A stretch of 64,000 bases of DNA from an uncultured delta proteobacterium (GTDB lineage: Bacteria > Desulfobacterota > Binatia > Binatales > Binataceae), in the NCBI GenBank assembly GCA_963842085.1, contig CAWJET010000001.1:672001-736000 (forward strand). Reading direction: 5' to 3'. Positions 49,544 to 59,533 of the stretch are shown in pieces (positions within the stretch are counted from its first letter, which is position 1; the number at the start of each line of letters is the position of its first letter). The translations under genes and the position numbers were made by a program. Under the pieces are notes generated by a model that had not been told where the DNA came from, ran no database searches, and saw nothing but the letters and a program-made list of their open reading frames with translations.

Positions 49544-50947
49544 GTGCTTATGGCACCGGAGCCGGAGCGTTACGAACCGACCCTCGATTCAGTCCGGAGC
49601 CATCCTCTGCCCGACTGGTATCAGGACGCGAAGCTCGGGATCTTCGTGCACTGGGGCCTGTACTCCGTACCGGGCTGGGCGGCCTCTCGAAGAGATCCCT
49701 ATAGCATCATTGCCGAGCGCGGCTTCGACGCGTACTTCCGCGAGAACCCTTACGCCGAGTGGTACCTGAACACCTTGAAGTTTGAAGACGGTCCCACTCG
49801 CGCCTACCATAATCGCACCTTCGGCGAGCACTTCTCGTACGAAGACTTCCAGCCCATCTTCGAGAGCGAGGCGCGCAAGTGGGCGCCTGACGACTGGGCG
49901 CAGTTGTTTCACAAGGCGGGTGCAGCCTACGTCGTGCTGACCGCCAAGCACACCGACGGCTGCCTGTTGTGGCCGAGCAAGGTCGGCAATCTGGGCCGCC
50001 CGGGATATCATTCGACGCGCGATCCCGTGGGCGAGTTCGCAGCCGCAATGCGAGCGCGAGGTCTCCGCGCCGGACTCTACTACACCGGGGGCATGGACTG
50101 GCTGCTGAACCCAGATCGCATCGACGCGCCCGAAAAGATCTACTCGACGATCCTCGACGGGCCGCAGTACGTCGAATACGCCAACGCCCACTGGCGCGAG
50201 CTAATCGATCGTTATCATCCGTCGGTGATGTGGGGCGACATCATGTACCCGCCCGGCGCGAACACACTGGAACTGTTTTCCTATTACTACAATCGCGTGC
50301 CGGACGGCGTGATCAACGATCGCTTCGCCACACAGTTCACTCCGCCGCGCCGCCCGAGCCTGCAGCCGCCCGGCGTTCACTACGACTTCGTCACTCCCGA
50401 GTACACTTCCTTCGACGAGATACAGACTGAGAAGTGGGAAACCTGTCGGGGTATCGGCTGCTCCTTCGGTTACAACCGCATCGACGACGAAACCAGCTAC
50501 CTCACCGCCGCCGCGGTTGTCCGCATGCTGATCGACATCGTGAGCAAGAACGGCAACCTCCTGCTCAACGTCGGCCCACGCGCCGATGGCAGCATCCACG
50601 AGCTACAGCGCAAATGCCTGCATGGACTAGGCGCCTGGCTGGACGTCAACGGCGAGGCCATCCGCGCCACCCGTCCATGGAGCCGAGCCGAGTCAACGAC
50701 CTCGGACGGAGTCCAAGTCCGCTTCACCCGCAAGCAAGACGCGCTGTACGCGATACTGCTTGACACCCCGCGCGAAGCTGAGGTGCGCATTCGACACTTG
50801 CACGCGGCTGCCGGCGCCGACGTGCGCTTGCTCGGTATCGACCAGCGCCTGCAGTGGCGCAACAGCGGCGACGATCTGATCGTCCGCCTTCCCCCGCCGC
50901 TTGCCGATAGCCCCGCGCACGCCCTCCGAATGCCGTTGCCTACATGA
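49544..50947 (+). CDS. Alpha-L-fucosidase (GH29)
   Basis: DAKLGIFVHWGLYSVP, YAEWY, WGD nucleophile, SKNGNLLLNVGP. Confidence 0.93.
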   Translation: MLMAPEPERYEPTLDSVRSHPLPDWYQDAKLGIFVHWGLYSVPGWAASRRDPYSIIAERGFDAYFRENPYAEWYLNTLKFEDGPTRAYHNRTFGEHFSYEDFQPIFESEARKWAPDDWAQLFHKAGAAYVVLTAKHTDGCLLWPSKVGNLGRPGYHSTRDPVGEFAAAMRARGLRAGLYYTGGMDWLLNPDRIDAPEKIYSTILDGPQYVEYANAHWRELIDRYHPSVMWGDIMYPPGANTLELFSYYYNRVPDGVINDRFATQFTPPRRPSLQPPGVHYDFVTPEYTSFDEIQTEKWETCRGIGCSFGYNRIDDETSYLTAAAVVRMLIDIVSKNGNLLLNVGPRADGSIHELQRKCLHGLGAWLDVNGEAIRATRPWSRAESTTSDGVQVRFTRKQDALYAILLDTPREAEVRIRHLHAAAGADVRLLGIDQRLQWRNSGDDLIVRLPPPLADSPAHALRMPLPT

Positions 50948-51000
50948 CGAGTGTTAGCGCGCGCCGTCGCTGCGCACGTCGTGATCGAGCCACACTCGTG

Positions 51001-51047
51001 CCTGTTCGAAACCTGAATCCGGACGTATTGATGATGGCGCCCGCCGC
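51001..51047 (-). pseudogene. Very short C-terminal relic of the same transposase family
   Basis: GGRHHQYVRI on the minus strand. Confidence 0.5.
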
Positions 51048-51125
51048 TTGTCGAAGATCGTCTGCATTGATTCAAGTCGGCCGAGGGCGCACTGTCTTTT
51101 CGCAAGCCCAAAAGGAGGTCCGTTT

Positions 51126-51680
51126 ATGAGCCGGATTTTCGGAGAAATGCGGCAGATCGCGTTCGTCGTGCGTGATCTCGAAAAAGCGCTCGACTATTGG
51201 ACGCACACGCTCGGCGTCGGTCCCTTCTTCATGATGCGCGATATTGTGCCGGACAACTATCGCTATCGGGGCAGACCTGTGCCGCCACCACGAGTATCTA
51301 TTGCGTTAGGTTTTTCGGGCGAGTTCCAGGTGGAGATCATCCAACAGCACGACGACCAGCCAAGCGCCTATTGCGATTACCTCGCTGCCGGTCACGAAGG
51401 CTTCCAGCACGTCTCCTCATGGGTGACGCGCGCCGAATACGATCGCGCCGTGCCGGAACTCGTCCGCTCCGGCCTATCCGTGGCGCATGAGGGCGCGATC
51501 CCAGGCAGTGGTATCCGGTTCATCTACTTCGCAACTGATTCCATGCCGGGCGGCCCTCTCTACGAGATTTCGGAAGCTAAGGAACCCTCCATTTACCCGA
51601 CAATGATGAAGATTCGCGACCTCGCGCGGGTTTGGGACGGCCACGAACCGATTCGCGATTTCGCAACTCTGATGCGCTGA
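51126..51680 (+). CDS. VOC/glyoxalase-family protein
   Basis: QIAFVVRDLE, LGVGPF, EIIQQ, GFQHV; AGGAGG RBS. Confidence 0.88.
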   Translation: MSRIFGEMRQIAFVVRDLEKALDYWTHTLGVGPFFMMRDIVPDNYRYRGRPVPPPRVSIALGFSGEFQVEIIQQHDDQPSAYCDYLAAGHEGFQHVSSWVTRAEYDRAVPELVRSGLSVAHEGAIPGSGIRFIYFATDSMPGGPLYEISEAKEPSIYPTMMKIRDLARVWDGHEPIRDFATLMR

Positions 51681-51801
51681 AGGATGCAGTCCCGAGAGGG
51701 CGGTGCGATGCGTTGGCTCCGAGTTTACGGTGCAAGTGAGCGGCCGTGTTCGTGTACACGGCAACGATCGGTTGAATCCCAATTTAGCGAGGACAGTAAC
51801 A

Positions 51802-52674
51802 ATGAAGATCGGAGTTTCAGTGCCTCTGACCGCAGTCTCAGGCGATCCAGGCGCGATCGCGCATGAGGCGGAGAACCTCGGCTTCGAATCCATCTGGAGC
51901 GTCGAACATTCCTGCGTGCCTTCGGGCTACACCACTCATTATCCCCGATCGACCGACGGTAAGGTCCCCGCGATGTACGCCCAGCTTTCCGAGACGTGGG
52001 TGGTGCTCGCAATCGCAGCCGCGGCAACGAAGCAAATCAAGCTTGGCACCGGCATCCTGCTACTGGCTCAGCACAACGTGATCGAGACGGCGCGTGCGGC
52101 CGCAACCCTCGATCTCTATTCAGGCGGGCGGCTGATCCTGGGCGTCGGAGCGGGTTGGTTCCGCGAGGAAGCCGAAGTTATGGGCGTACGGTTCGAACAG
52201 CGCTGGAAGCATTTGCGCGAGTCGGTCGAGGCGCTGCGCATCCTCTGGACGCAGGAAGAAGCGAGCTACGCAGGCGAAATAATCAAGTTTCCCGCACTGC
52301 GCGTCGGTCCCAAGCCGGTGCAGAAGCCATGTCCGCCGATCATGCTCGGCGCGCACGATCCGAAGTATGCGCTCAGGCGGGTTGCGCGCTATGCCGACGG
52401 CTGGATGCCGGGCGGACTCTCACCAGACAAAGCAATGGAATTCATTCCGCAGATCAAGCGGATGGCGCGCGAGTACGGTCGCGATCCCGAGCAACTGCAG
52501 TTCTCAGTGGCACTCGCGACGCGCGGGGACGAGCCAACTGCTGACACTCTCAAGCGTTACCAATCGGCTGGGGTGAGCCGCATCATCATAATGGCCACCG
52601 CGGCGGCGGCGGGTGACGGAGTCAAGGCAATCCGTGCCATCGCACCATTGGTCGAGCGCGCAGCGAAGGTTTGA
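51802..52674 (+). CDS. LLM-class (possibly F420-dependent) oxidoreductase
   Basis: GFESIWSVEH, LGTGI, SGGRLILGVGAGW, PKPVQKP, ADGW. Confidence 0.9.
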   Translation: MKIGVSVPLTAVSGDPGAIAHEAENLGFESIWSVEHSCVPSGYTTHYPRSTDGKVPAMYAQLSETWVVLAIAAAATKQIKLGTGILLLAQHNVIETARAAATLDLYSGGRLILGVGAGWFREEAEVMGVRFEQRWKHLRESVEALRILWTQEEASYAGEIIKFPALRVGPKPVQKPCPPIMLGAHDPKYALRRVARYADGWMPGGLSPDKAMEFIPQIKRMAREYGRDPEQLQFSVALATRGDEPTADTLKRYQSAGVSRIIIMATAAAAGDGVKAIRAIAPLVERAAKV

Positions 52675-52727
52675 AATTGGCGTACGTCAGGAACCTCGAA
52701 GAGCAAAAGTGAGAGGAGAACTCTACG

Positions 52728-52865
52728 ATGGGCAGACCCGATGGCAACGCAGCGATCACCGGCGCGGCAAGCGGAATCGGCCGCAGCACTGCTTGTCCCA
52801 ATTCTCAACCGTGGTCTCGTCGATCGGCCCGCCCGCGCCGCCAAGGCCGGCGTTGTTATCCATGA
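52728..52865 (+). pseudogene. Internally deleted SDR remnant
   Basis: RBS then MGRPDGNAAITGAASGIGRSTA, followed shortly by out-of-frame AAKAGVV. Confidence 0.65.
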
Positions 52866-52914
52866 TGGGGAAGTCGCGAGCCGATCGCGTATAGACGTCA
52901 GGAGGTGACCGCCG

Positions 52915-53265
52915 ATGGATTTTGGCAAATTTAGTTTTGGCTCAATTGAAATCGACGGCAAAGCATACGAACATGACGTGGTAATCGACCGCGGAAGGAT
53001 TCACAAGCGCAAGAAAAAAGTCTCGCGGAGATTCCGCGAGCAGTTCGGGCATACTCCGCTTTCGCTGGAAGAGGAAATCCCCTGGAAATGTCGGCGACTG
53101 ATAGTCGGTTCCGGAAAGTACGGCGCGCTCCCGGTGATGGACGAAGTGAAACTCGAGGCGCAGCGGCGCGACGTGGATATTGTGATTCTCCCGACGGACG
53201 CGGCGATTAAGGAGCTCGGCAAGAATCCGGCGAAAACGAATGCGATCCTCCAAGTGACGTGCTGA
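52915..53265 (+). CDS. Mth938-like domain protein
   Basis: FGSIEIDG.YEHDVVI, IVGSG, C-terminal xVTC. Confidence 0.82.
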   Translation: MDFGKFSFGSIEIDGKAYEHDVVIDRGRIHKRKKKVSRRFREQFGHTPLSLEEEIPWKCRRLIVGSGKYGALPVMDEVKLEAQRRDVDIVILPTDAAIKELGKNPAKTNAILQVTC

Positions 53266-53295
53266 ATGGTCCACCCGCGAAAGAGGTTCCCCGCG

Positions 53296-53772
53296 ATGGC
53301 ACTGAAGCTGACTTCTCCCGCCTTCAAGAATCAGGGCGAGATACCTCCCGTCTACACCTGCGACGGAAACGATCTTTCTCCCGCCCTGACCTGGTCGAAC
53401 ATTCCTGAAGGAACGCAAAACCTCGCTTTAATCGCAGACGACCCGGACGCCCCCGATCCGGCTGCGCCAAAAATGACCTGGGTGCATTGGGTACTCTACA
53501 ACCTTCCGCCCGTGCTCGATGGCCTGCCCGAGGCGGCCGGTTCCGCCAAATTGCCAACCGGTACCCTGGCTGGCGTAAATGACTGGAAGCGCACCGGTTA
53601 CGGCGGGCCGTGTCCCCCGATCGGACGTCACCGGTATTTTTTCAAGCTATATGCGTTGGACAGGGTGCTGCCTGACCTCAATCGGCCAACCAAAGCAAAA
53701 CTTGAAGCGGCGATGAAAGGTCATATCCTGGCCCAAGCGACGCTGATCGGAACCTATCAGCGCGAGCGTTGA
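53296..53772 (+). CDS. YbhB/YbcL Raf-kinase-inhibitor-like (PEBP) protein
   Basis: LTSPAF, DDPDAP, WVHW, GPCPP, HRYFF. Confidence 0.94.
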   Translation: MALKLTSPAFKNQGEIPPVYTCDGNDLSPALTWSNIPEGTQNLALIADDPDAPDPAAPKMTWVHWVLYNLPPVLDGLPEAAGSAKLPTGTLAGVNDWKRTGYGGPCPPIGRHRYFFKLYALDRVLPDLNRPTKAKLEAAMKGHILAQATLIGTYQRER

Positions 53773-53831
53773 GGTGTTGTCGGCGGGATTCCCTTTTGCG
53801 CAATCGAACTGCCACGGAAGGAGTGCTGAAG

Positions 53832-55442
53832 ATGCCGGCGGACACAATCTCGCGAACAGGCGTTTACTACGCGCTCAAGCTGGATAAGGACGTGCAAATT
53901 CCGATGCGCGATGGCGCCTACGTCGTGGCCGATGTGTTCCGCCCTGGGAACGACGGCCTGTTTCCCATCATCATGACGATGGGCCCCTACTCCAAAGACA
54001 TCCACTTCCGCGACTGGAACCCGAGCGTGGACTACGAGCATCTGCCCGAGCGCGGTCCTTACATGCACTGGGAGACGGTCAACCCCGACTGGTGGGTGCC
54101 GCAGGGCTACGTCGTGATTCGCGTTGACGGCCGTGGCACCGGCAAGTCGCCCGGGAGCGTGCGCCGGCTCTCGGACGAGGAGGCGCGAGACTTCTACGAC
54201 GCCGTCGAATGGTCGGCGGCTCAGCGGTGGAGCAACGGCAAGGTGGCGGTGATGGGCATCTCGTACTTCGCGATGAATGCGTGGCGCGTAGCCGCTCAGC
54301 AACCGCCGCATCTGGCGGCGATCGTGCCCTGGGAAGGCGCAGTGGACACGTATCGCGACGCGGGCCGTCACGGCGGCATCTACTCCAACGGCTTCAACCA
54401 ACGCTGGGCCCGCCATGTGCGGAGTCACGAGGCAGGCGCGGCGCGACCTCCAGCAGATGCCGTCGAGCGCGCCGTACCTCCGGAACTCTTTACGGAGAGC
54501 GCGTACAACGTTCCCGACCTCAGTCGGATCCGGGTGCCGCTTCTCTCGGCCGGCAATTGGGGCGGCGCCGCCCTGCACTTGCGCGGCAACGTCGAAGGCT
54601 TCCTCGGCGCCGGCTCCGAACACAAGTTCCTGGAGATTCACAGCGGCAATCACATCGTCCCGTTCTATTCGCTGGAGGGCCGTCTGCTCCAGAAGCGGTT
54701 CCTGGATCAGTGGCTGCACGACGTCGACACCGGCATCCTGCGCGAGCCTCGCGTGCGCCTGGCAATCCGCCGCGGCGGCGATCGCTACGTCTGGCGGTAC
54801 GAGAACGAATGGCCGATCGGCCGCACGCAGTGGACGCCGCTCTACCTGGACGCCGCGAAAGGCACAATGAGCCGTGATCGATTGGCAAATGCTGGCGAGA
54901 CGCGCTTCACGGCCGAAGCCGGAAAGCCCCGCGATGAGGCGCACGCTGTATTCGTCGGCCCTACGTTCGAGCAAGAGACCGAGTTCACCGGTCCTGTCAT
55001 GCTGAAGCTGTGGATCTCATCGACCAGTGACGACGCCGACCTGTTCGCCATTGTCCGAAAGATCGGACGCGACGGGCGCGAGGTGATGTTCCCGGGACAG
55101 AACCAGCCTGCTATCCCGACTGCTCTGGGATGGCTGCGCGCCTCGCATCGCAAGCTTGATCCGGCAAGGTCAACACCCTACCGCCCCTACCACTCTCACG
55201 ATGAGATCCAGAAGCTGGAGCCCGGCGCGATCGTGCCGGTTGAGATTGAGATCTGGCCGACGAGCGTCGTCTTCGAACGTGGCGACCGCTTGGTGCTCGA
55301 GGTCGCGTCAGAGGACGATCCGCGTATGGAGCCCTTCCTGCACAACGACCCGATCGATCGCAGGCGGGGCGGCATCACTAAGATTCACGCCGGTGGAGGA
55401 TACGACTCCTATCTGCTCATGCCCCTGATCCCGCCGCGCTGA
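53832..55442 (+). CDS. CocE/NonD-family hydrolase
   Basis: IPMRDG, DGRGTGKS, GISY nucleophile, GWLRASHR. Confidence 0.92.
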   Translation: MPADTISRTGVYYALKLDKDVQIPMRDGAYVVADVFRPGNDGLFPIIMTMGPYSKDIHFRDWNPSVDYEHLPERGPYMHWETVNPDWWVPQGYVVIRVDGRGTGKSPGSVRRLSDEEARDFYDAVEWSAAQRWSNGKVAVMGISYFAMNAWRVAAQQPPHLAAIVPWEGAVDTYRDAGRHGGIYSNGFNQRWARHVRSHEAGAARPPADAVERAVPPELFTESAYNVPDLSRIRVPLLSAGNWGGAALHLRGNVEGFLGAGSEHKFLEIHSGNHIVPFYSLEGRLLQKRFLDQWLHDVDTGILREPRVRLAIRRGGDRYVWRYENEWPIGRTQWTPLYLDAAKGTMSRDRLANAGETRFTAEAGKPRDEAHAVFVGPTFEQETEFTGPVMLKLWISSTSDDADLFAIVRKIGRDGREVMFPGQNQPAIPTALGWLRASHRKLDPARSTPYRPYHSHDEIQKLEPGAIVPVEIEIWPTSVVFERGDRLVLEVASEDDPRMEPFLHNDPIDRRRGGITKIHAGGGYDSYLLMPLIPPR

Positions 55443-55459
55443 GCTGCACCGGCGGTTAG

Positions 55460-57070
55460 TCAAACCGCCCAAGCGGTCAGGCGGTTGCTCTCATCGCCGT
55501 TGCGCAGGCCACGCCTTGTTGCTTCAATTCCTTTGTCTGTTGATAATCGCCACCCACCTAGCGCTTGAACCGTCAGTGCAAAAAATGTCGAGAGATCATG
55601 GTCGGGGCGCATTGCGGCGGCGGCAATGCCACGCAGCATGCCCCCAAAGACCCATTGATGCAGGAGGAAGGACAGATACCAGTAGAGAAGTCCGAACAGC
55701 CCCACGGGGTCAAAAATCGCAGTCTGCCTGATGGTCGCGCCGGTCTTGGTCGACTCAACTTCAAAGTCGAGCCAGGCGCGGCCCGGCACCTTCATCTCTG
55801 CCGCGAGAGTCAGTTTGCGGTCCGGCTCGAAAGCGGAGACGCGCCAAAAATCAACGTGGTCGCCGACCGCTATCGTCGTGTCATTGGAGCGCCCGCGCCG
55901 CATGCCAGGGCCGCCTAGCAGGCGGTCGACAAGCGCGCGCACTTCCCACAGCCGGTGGCCGTAATACCAACCCACGGTGCCGCCAATGCTTTGTATCGGC
56001 GCGAATGCCCGCGCCGGGGGAACGTTCACCTCTACTGCCTGCTAAACGATCAGGCGGTTGCCGATGCGGACGCCGCCCCAAGGGGAGTTGGAGGGCGCCG
56101 CGGACAGCGCGTGGGACCAACGAGTTGCCGAAAATTCGAAGTCCTCGTCGCGTAGCGCATCGGCAACGGCTTTTTGGATTCCGGCAGGCCGTATTGAAAA
56201 CATTCGCAGCGCCAGGTCGTTGGAGACGACCGTCGCGTGCCGCACGCTTTCGACCAGCTCCCGTCCCACGCGCGCCTGCAGAGGGGTTACCAGCTTCAAC
56301 CACCAGCTGGAGAGCCGTGGCGTCAGCACCGGGACCCGGATCATCGCGCGCTTCAATCCGCGCTGTTGGGCGTATTCGCGGATGATGCCCGCATACGACA
56401 CCCGCTCGGCACCGCCGATTTCGAATACGCAACTGGCTGTGGTGCTTAGATCAAGCGCAGCCACGAGATAGCGAATGGCATCGTTGATCGATATCGGCTG
56501 CGCCTGCATAGTCACCCAGCGGGGCATAATCATCAAGAGAAGGCGCTCGGCGAGCGCACGAACCATTTCGAATGAAAGGCTGCCGCCGCCGATAATTGCC
56601 GAAGCGCGGAACTCGATCACCTGCGTACTGGAAGCACGCAACAATTCTCCCACTTCGTGTCGGCTGCGCAGATGCGGCGAGAGCGAACGGCTGGAGCTTC
56701 CCAGGCCACCTAGATAGATAATCCGCCGGACTCCCGCTGCGCGTGCCGCCTCGGCAAAATTACGCGCACCTTCGCGATCCGCGCTTTCAAAAGATCGCTC
56801 CGAGTTCATTGAATGGACGAGATAGTAGGCGGTATCGACGCCGCGCATCGCGGCATCGATGCTCTCGCGATCGAGTACATCGGCGCGCACAACTGTGGTC
56901 TTTTGTGCGCGGCTGGCGATTGCTTCCGGACGGCGGCCCGCACAGCGCACGCGATGCCCCTCCGCCTCGAGCGCTCTCAGCAATCGGCTGCCGACATAGC
57001 CGCTCGCACCGGTCAGAAGAATCAGGCGCTCCGAACCATCCGACGAGGTCTTTGGTCGAATTGACATTTT
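55460..57070 (-). pseudogene. NAD(P)-binding SDR plus DUF2867 protein (YbjT-like), interrupted by an in-frame TAG at 56042-56044
   Basis: TGASGYVG, YYLVHSM, then AEMKVPGRAWL; the two ORFs are in the same frame separated by one amber codon. Confidence 0.8.
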
Positions 57071-57107
57071 CATTCTCGCGGTGCGAGCGGCTCCAGTCCC
57101 GGGCCCA

Positions 57108-57320
57108 CTATTCGCGGGAGACGACAACGGGCAGCACGACCAACTGGTAAAAACCAGACAGTCCGACCAGCCCGTAGACCAACGAACTGAGCGCCGAGGT
57201 CTGGCCGAAGCTCATGCCGAGCAGTGCGGCCACCAGGTCGAGGTGAGCGAGTGCAACCAGGCCCCAGTTGAGAGCCCCGACAATTACGAGCACCGCCGCG
57301 ATGATTTTAAGCGTTTTCAT
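57108..57320 (-). CDS. DUF378 (YuzA-like) membrane protein
   Basis: VIVGALNWGLV...DLVA...VYGLVG. Confidence 0.9.
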   Translation of the reverse strand: MKTLKIIAAVLVIVGALNWGLVALAHLDLVAALLGMSFGQTSALSSLVYGLVGLSGFYQLVVLPVVVSRE

Positions 57321-57513
57321 TTTCTCCACGACTCCTTTCCTGTTTTCGCGCTTTAGCCTGCCCTCTTGCTTTAAGGTTCTGCGATCGCGTACTTGTGATG
57401 ATAGAGAAAATATTTTTAACTGTGAAGACAGAACAAGCTCTTGGATAAAAGTTATTTAACTGAAGAGACAAAAGAGCGGCCTTCGTTGCTTGGGACTCAA
57501 ACGGATTGAAGAG

Positions 57514-58098
57514 ATGCTCTCGGACACGCTGAAAGAAGGGCTCCAGAAATACGCGATCGGCGAGAAGCTCCGGCGGCTTAGGCTCCGGAAGAAGGTGGGG
57601 CTCGTCGAACTCGGCCGCCACACCGGCCTTTCGCCCGCGATGCTTTCAAAGGTGGAGCGTGGCAGGCTATTTCCGACGCTGCCGACTCTGCTCAGGATCG
57701 CGATGGTTTTCAACGTCGAGCTCGAACACTTCTTCACCGATAGCCGGCACGTAGTGGCCGTTGCCCGTAAGAAGGACCGGCTGGCTTTCGATGAAAAGTT
57801 AGGCGGCGATGAGGTCGTCTACCGCTTCGAATGCCTCGACTTCGAGGCCGGGGACCGAAAACTCAACGCTTTCTATGCCGAATTCCCGAAGGCTGCAGCG
57901 GGGCGCCTGCGCACTCACGAGCACGATGGCGTGGAATTCATCTACGTGCTTTCCGGCACTCTCAGCGTGAAGATCGGCGAGGAGGAGAACAAGCTGCGCA
58001 AGGAGGATGCGATCTATTTTGATTCCAGCGTAACTCACAGTTATCGGACGGTCGGGAACGCTCCCTGCTCGGCTGTGGTTGTAACGCTGGCGCCATAA
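57514..58098 (+). CDS. XRE-family HTH regulator with cupin domain
   Basis: IGEKLRRLR...LSKVERG...PTL; HEHDGVEFIYVLSG; YFDS. Confidence 0.92.
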   Translation: MLSDTLKEGLQKYAIGEKLRRLRLRKKVGLVELGRHTGLSPAMLSKVERGRLFPTLPTLLRIAMVFNVELEHFFTDSRHVVAVARKKDRLAFDEKLGGDEVVYRFECLDFEAGDRKLNAFYAEFPKAAAGRLRTHEHDGVEFIYVLSGTLSVKIGEEENKLRKEDAIYFDSSVTHSYRTVGNAPCSAVVVTLAP

Positions 58099-58147
58099 GC
58101 AGACTATTTCGCTCCGGAATTTGTCTCGCCTGTTTGAAACCGAAAAG

Positions 58148-59533
58148 ATGACTTCACTGGACAAGCTCGCCGACGATCCCCGCATAGGAGTGCGCAATGG
58201 AGGGGGCATCGATCCGCGCGGCAGATGTGTCGTCTGCCGGATGCGGCGATCGCAACGTGCGCTCGACAATCCCGCGCTTGAAACCGCAATCACCGCAGCG
58301 AACGTGCTTGAGCAGCCGGTAGTGGTCTTTTTTGGCCTGCTTGCGCGCCATCCGTTGGCGAATCTCCGCCACTACGCCTTCATGCTGGAGGGCTTGGCGG
58401 AAACGGCCCAGCAGATGGTGAAGAGGAAAATCGGCTTTGTGGCCCGGATCTGCTCCGGCGCAAGCTCGAATCGGGAGTTCGCGCGATTCTGCGCAGAGGT
58501 CCGTCCTTCGCTGGTGATTTGCGATGAAGATCCAGCCCGTCGCCCTCCGAAATGGAAACGGGAGACGTTGCTTTATCCATCCGCGCCGCTGTGGAGTGTC
58601 GATGCGGATGTGGTCGTCCCCTCGAGATTGCTGGAAAAAGAGCAGTTCGCAGCGCGCACAATACGTCCCCGGATCCGCGTGCGGCTCGCGCAGTTCCTCA
58701 AGCCGGTTGGAAATCGTGCGGTGCGCGTGCCCTGGAAGGGCGACCGCGGAATGCGTTCGCTGCCGTTAGCGCCCGAACTCGCCGATCGACTTCATCTCGA
58801 TCGTTTCGTCGGTCCCGCCGGCGGCTTTCATGCCGGCCCCCAGGCTGCGCTGATGGCGCTGCGTCGGTTTACCCGTGATCGTCTGCGGGCCTACGCCACC
58901 AACCGCAACCATCCGGAAATCGACGCAACTAGCCAGCTCTCGCCCTATCTTCATTTTGGTCAGATCGGGCCACATACTGTGGCTCTCGCGGTCCGTGACT
59001 CAGCGGCGCCAGTCCGCGACCGCGAAGCATTTCTGGAAGAGATGATCGTGCGGCGCGAACTGGCGGTTAATTTTGTGCGTTACAATCCGCACTTCAAGAG
59101 CCTCGCGAGCATCGAGCCATGGGCCCAGCGCACCCTCGAGGAACATGCCGGTGATAAACGTGTGTATCTCTATAGCGAAAGGCAACTCGCTAACGCCGAG
59201 ACGCACGACCCGCTGTGGAATGCCGCACAACGACAAATGGTCACTTCCGGGTGGATGCACGGGTACCTGCGCATGTACTGGGCTAAAAAGATTCTGGAGT
59301 GGAGTCCGGCGGCGGACGAGGCATACGACATTTGTGTGAGGCTCAACGATCGCTATGAGCTCGACGGGCGCGATCCTAACGGCTATGCCGGCATTGCATG
59401 GGCGATTGGCGGCAAGCACGACCGCGCCTGGGGTCCCGAACGGCCTGTTTAGGGCAAAATTCGCTACATGTCGTTCGCCAGCACCGCGCGCAAGTTCAGT
59501 AGCCGTGCGTATATCGAGAAGTGGAACGGGTAG
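58148..59533 (+). pseudogene. phr: Class II CPD photolyase, interrupted by an in-frame TAG at 59450-59452
   Basis: SQLSPYLHFGQI, MHGYLRMYWAKKILEW, LDGRDPNG, HDRAW; after the TAG the frame continues GKIRYMS...RKF to a stop at 59531-59533. Confidence 0.85.

Noticed and set aside
56042-59452. Genome-wide TAG recoding
   Set aside because: Many intact genes here (glpX, hypB, SDR, rpe) end properly in TAG
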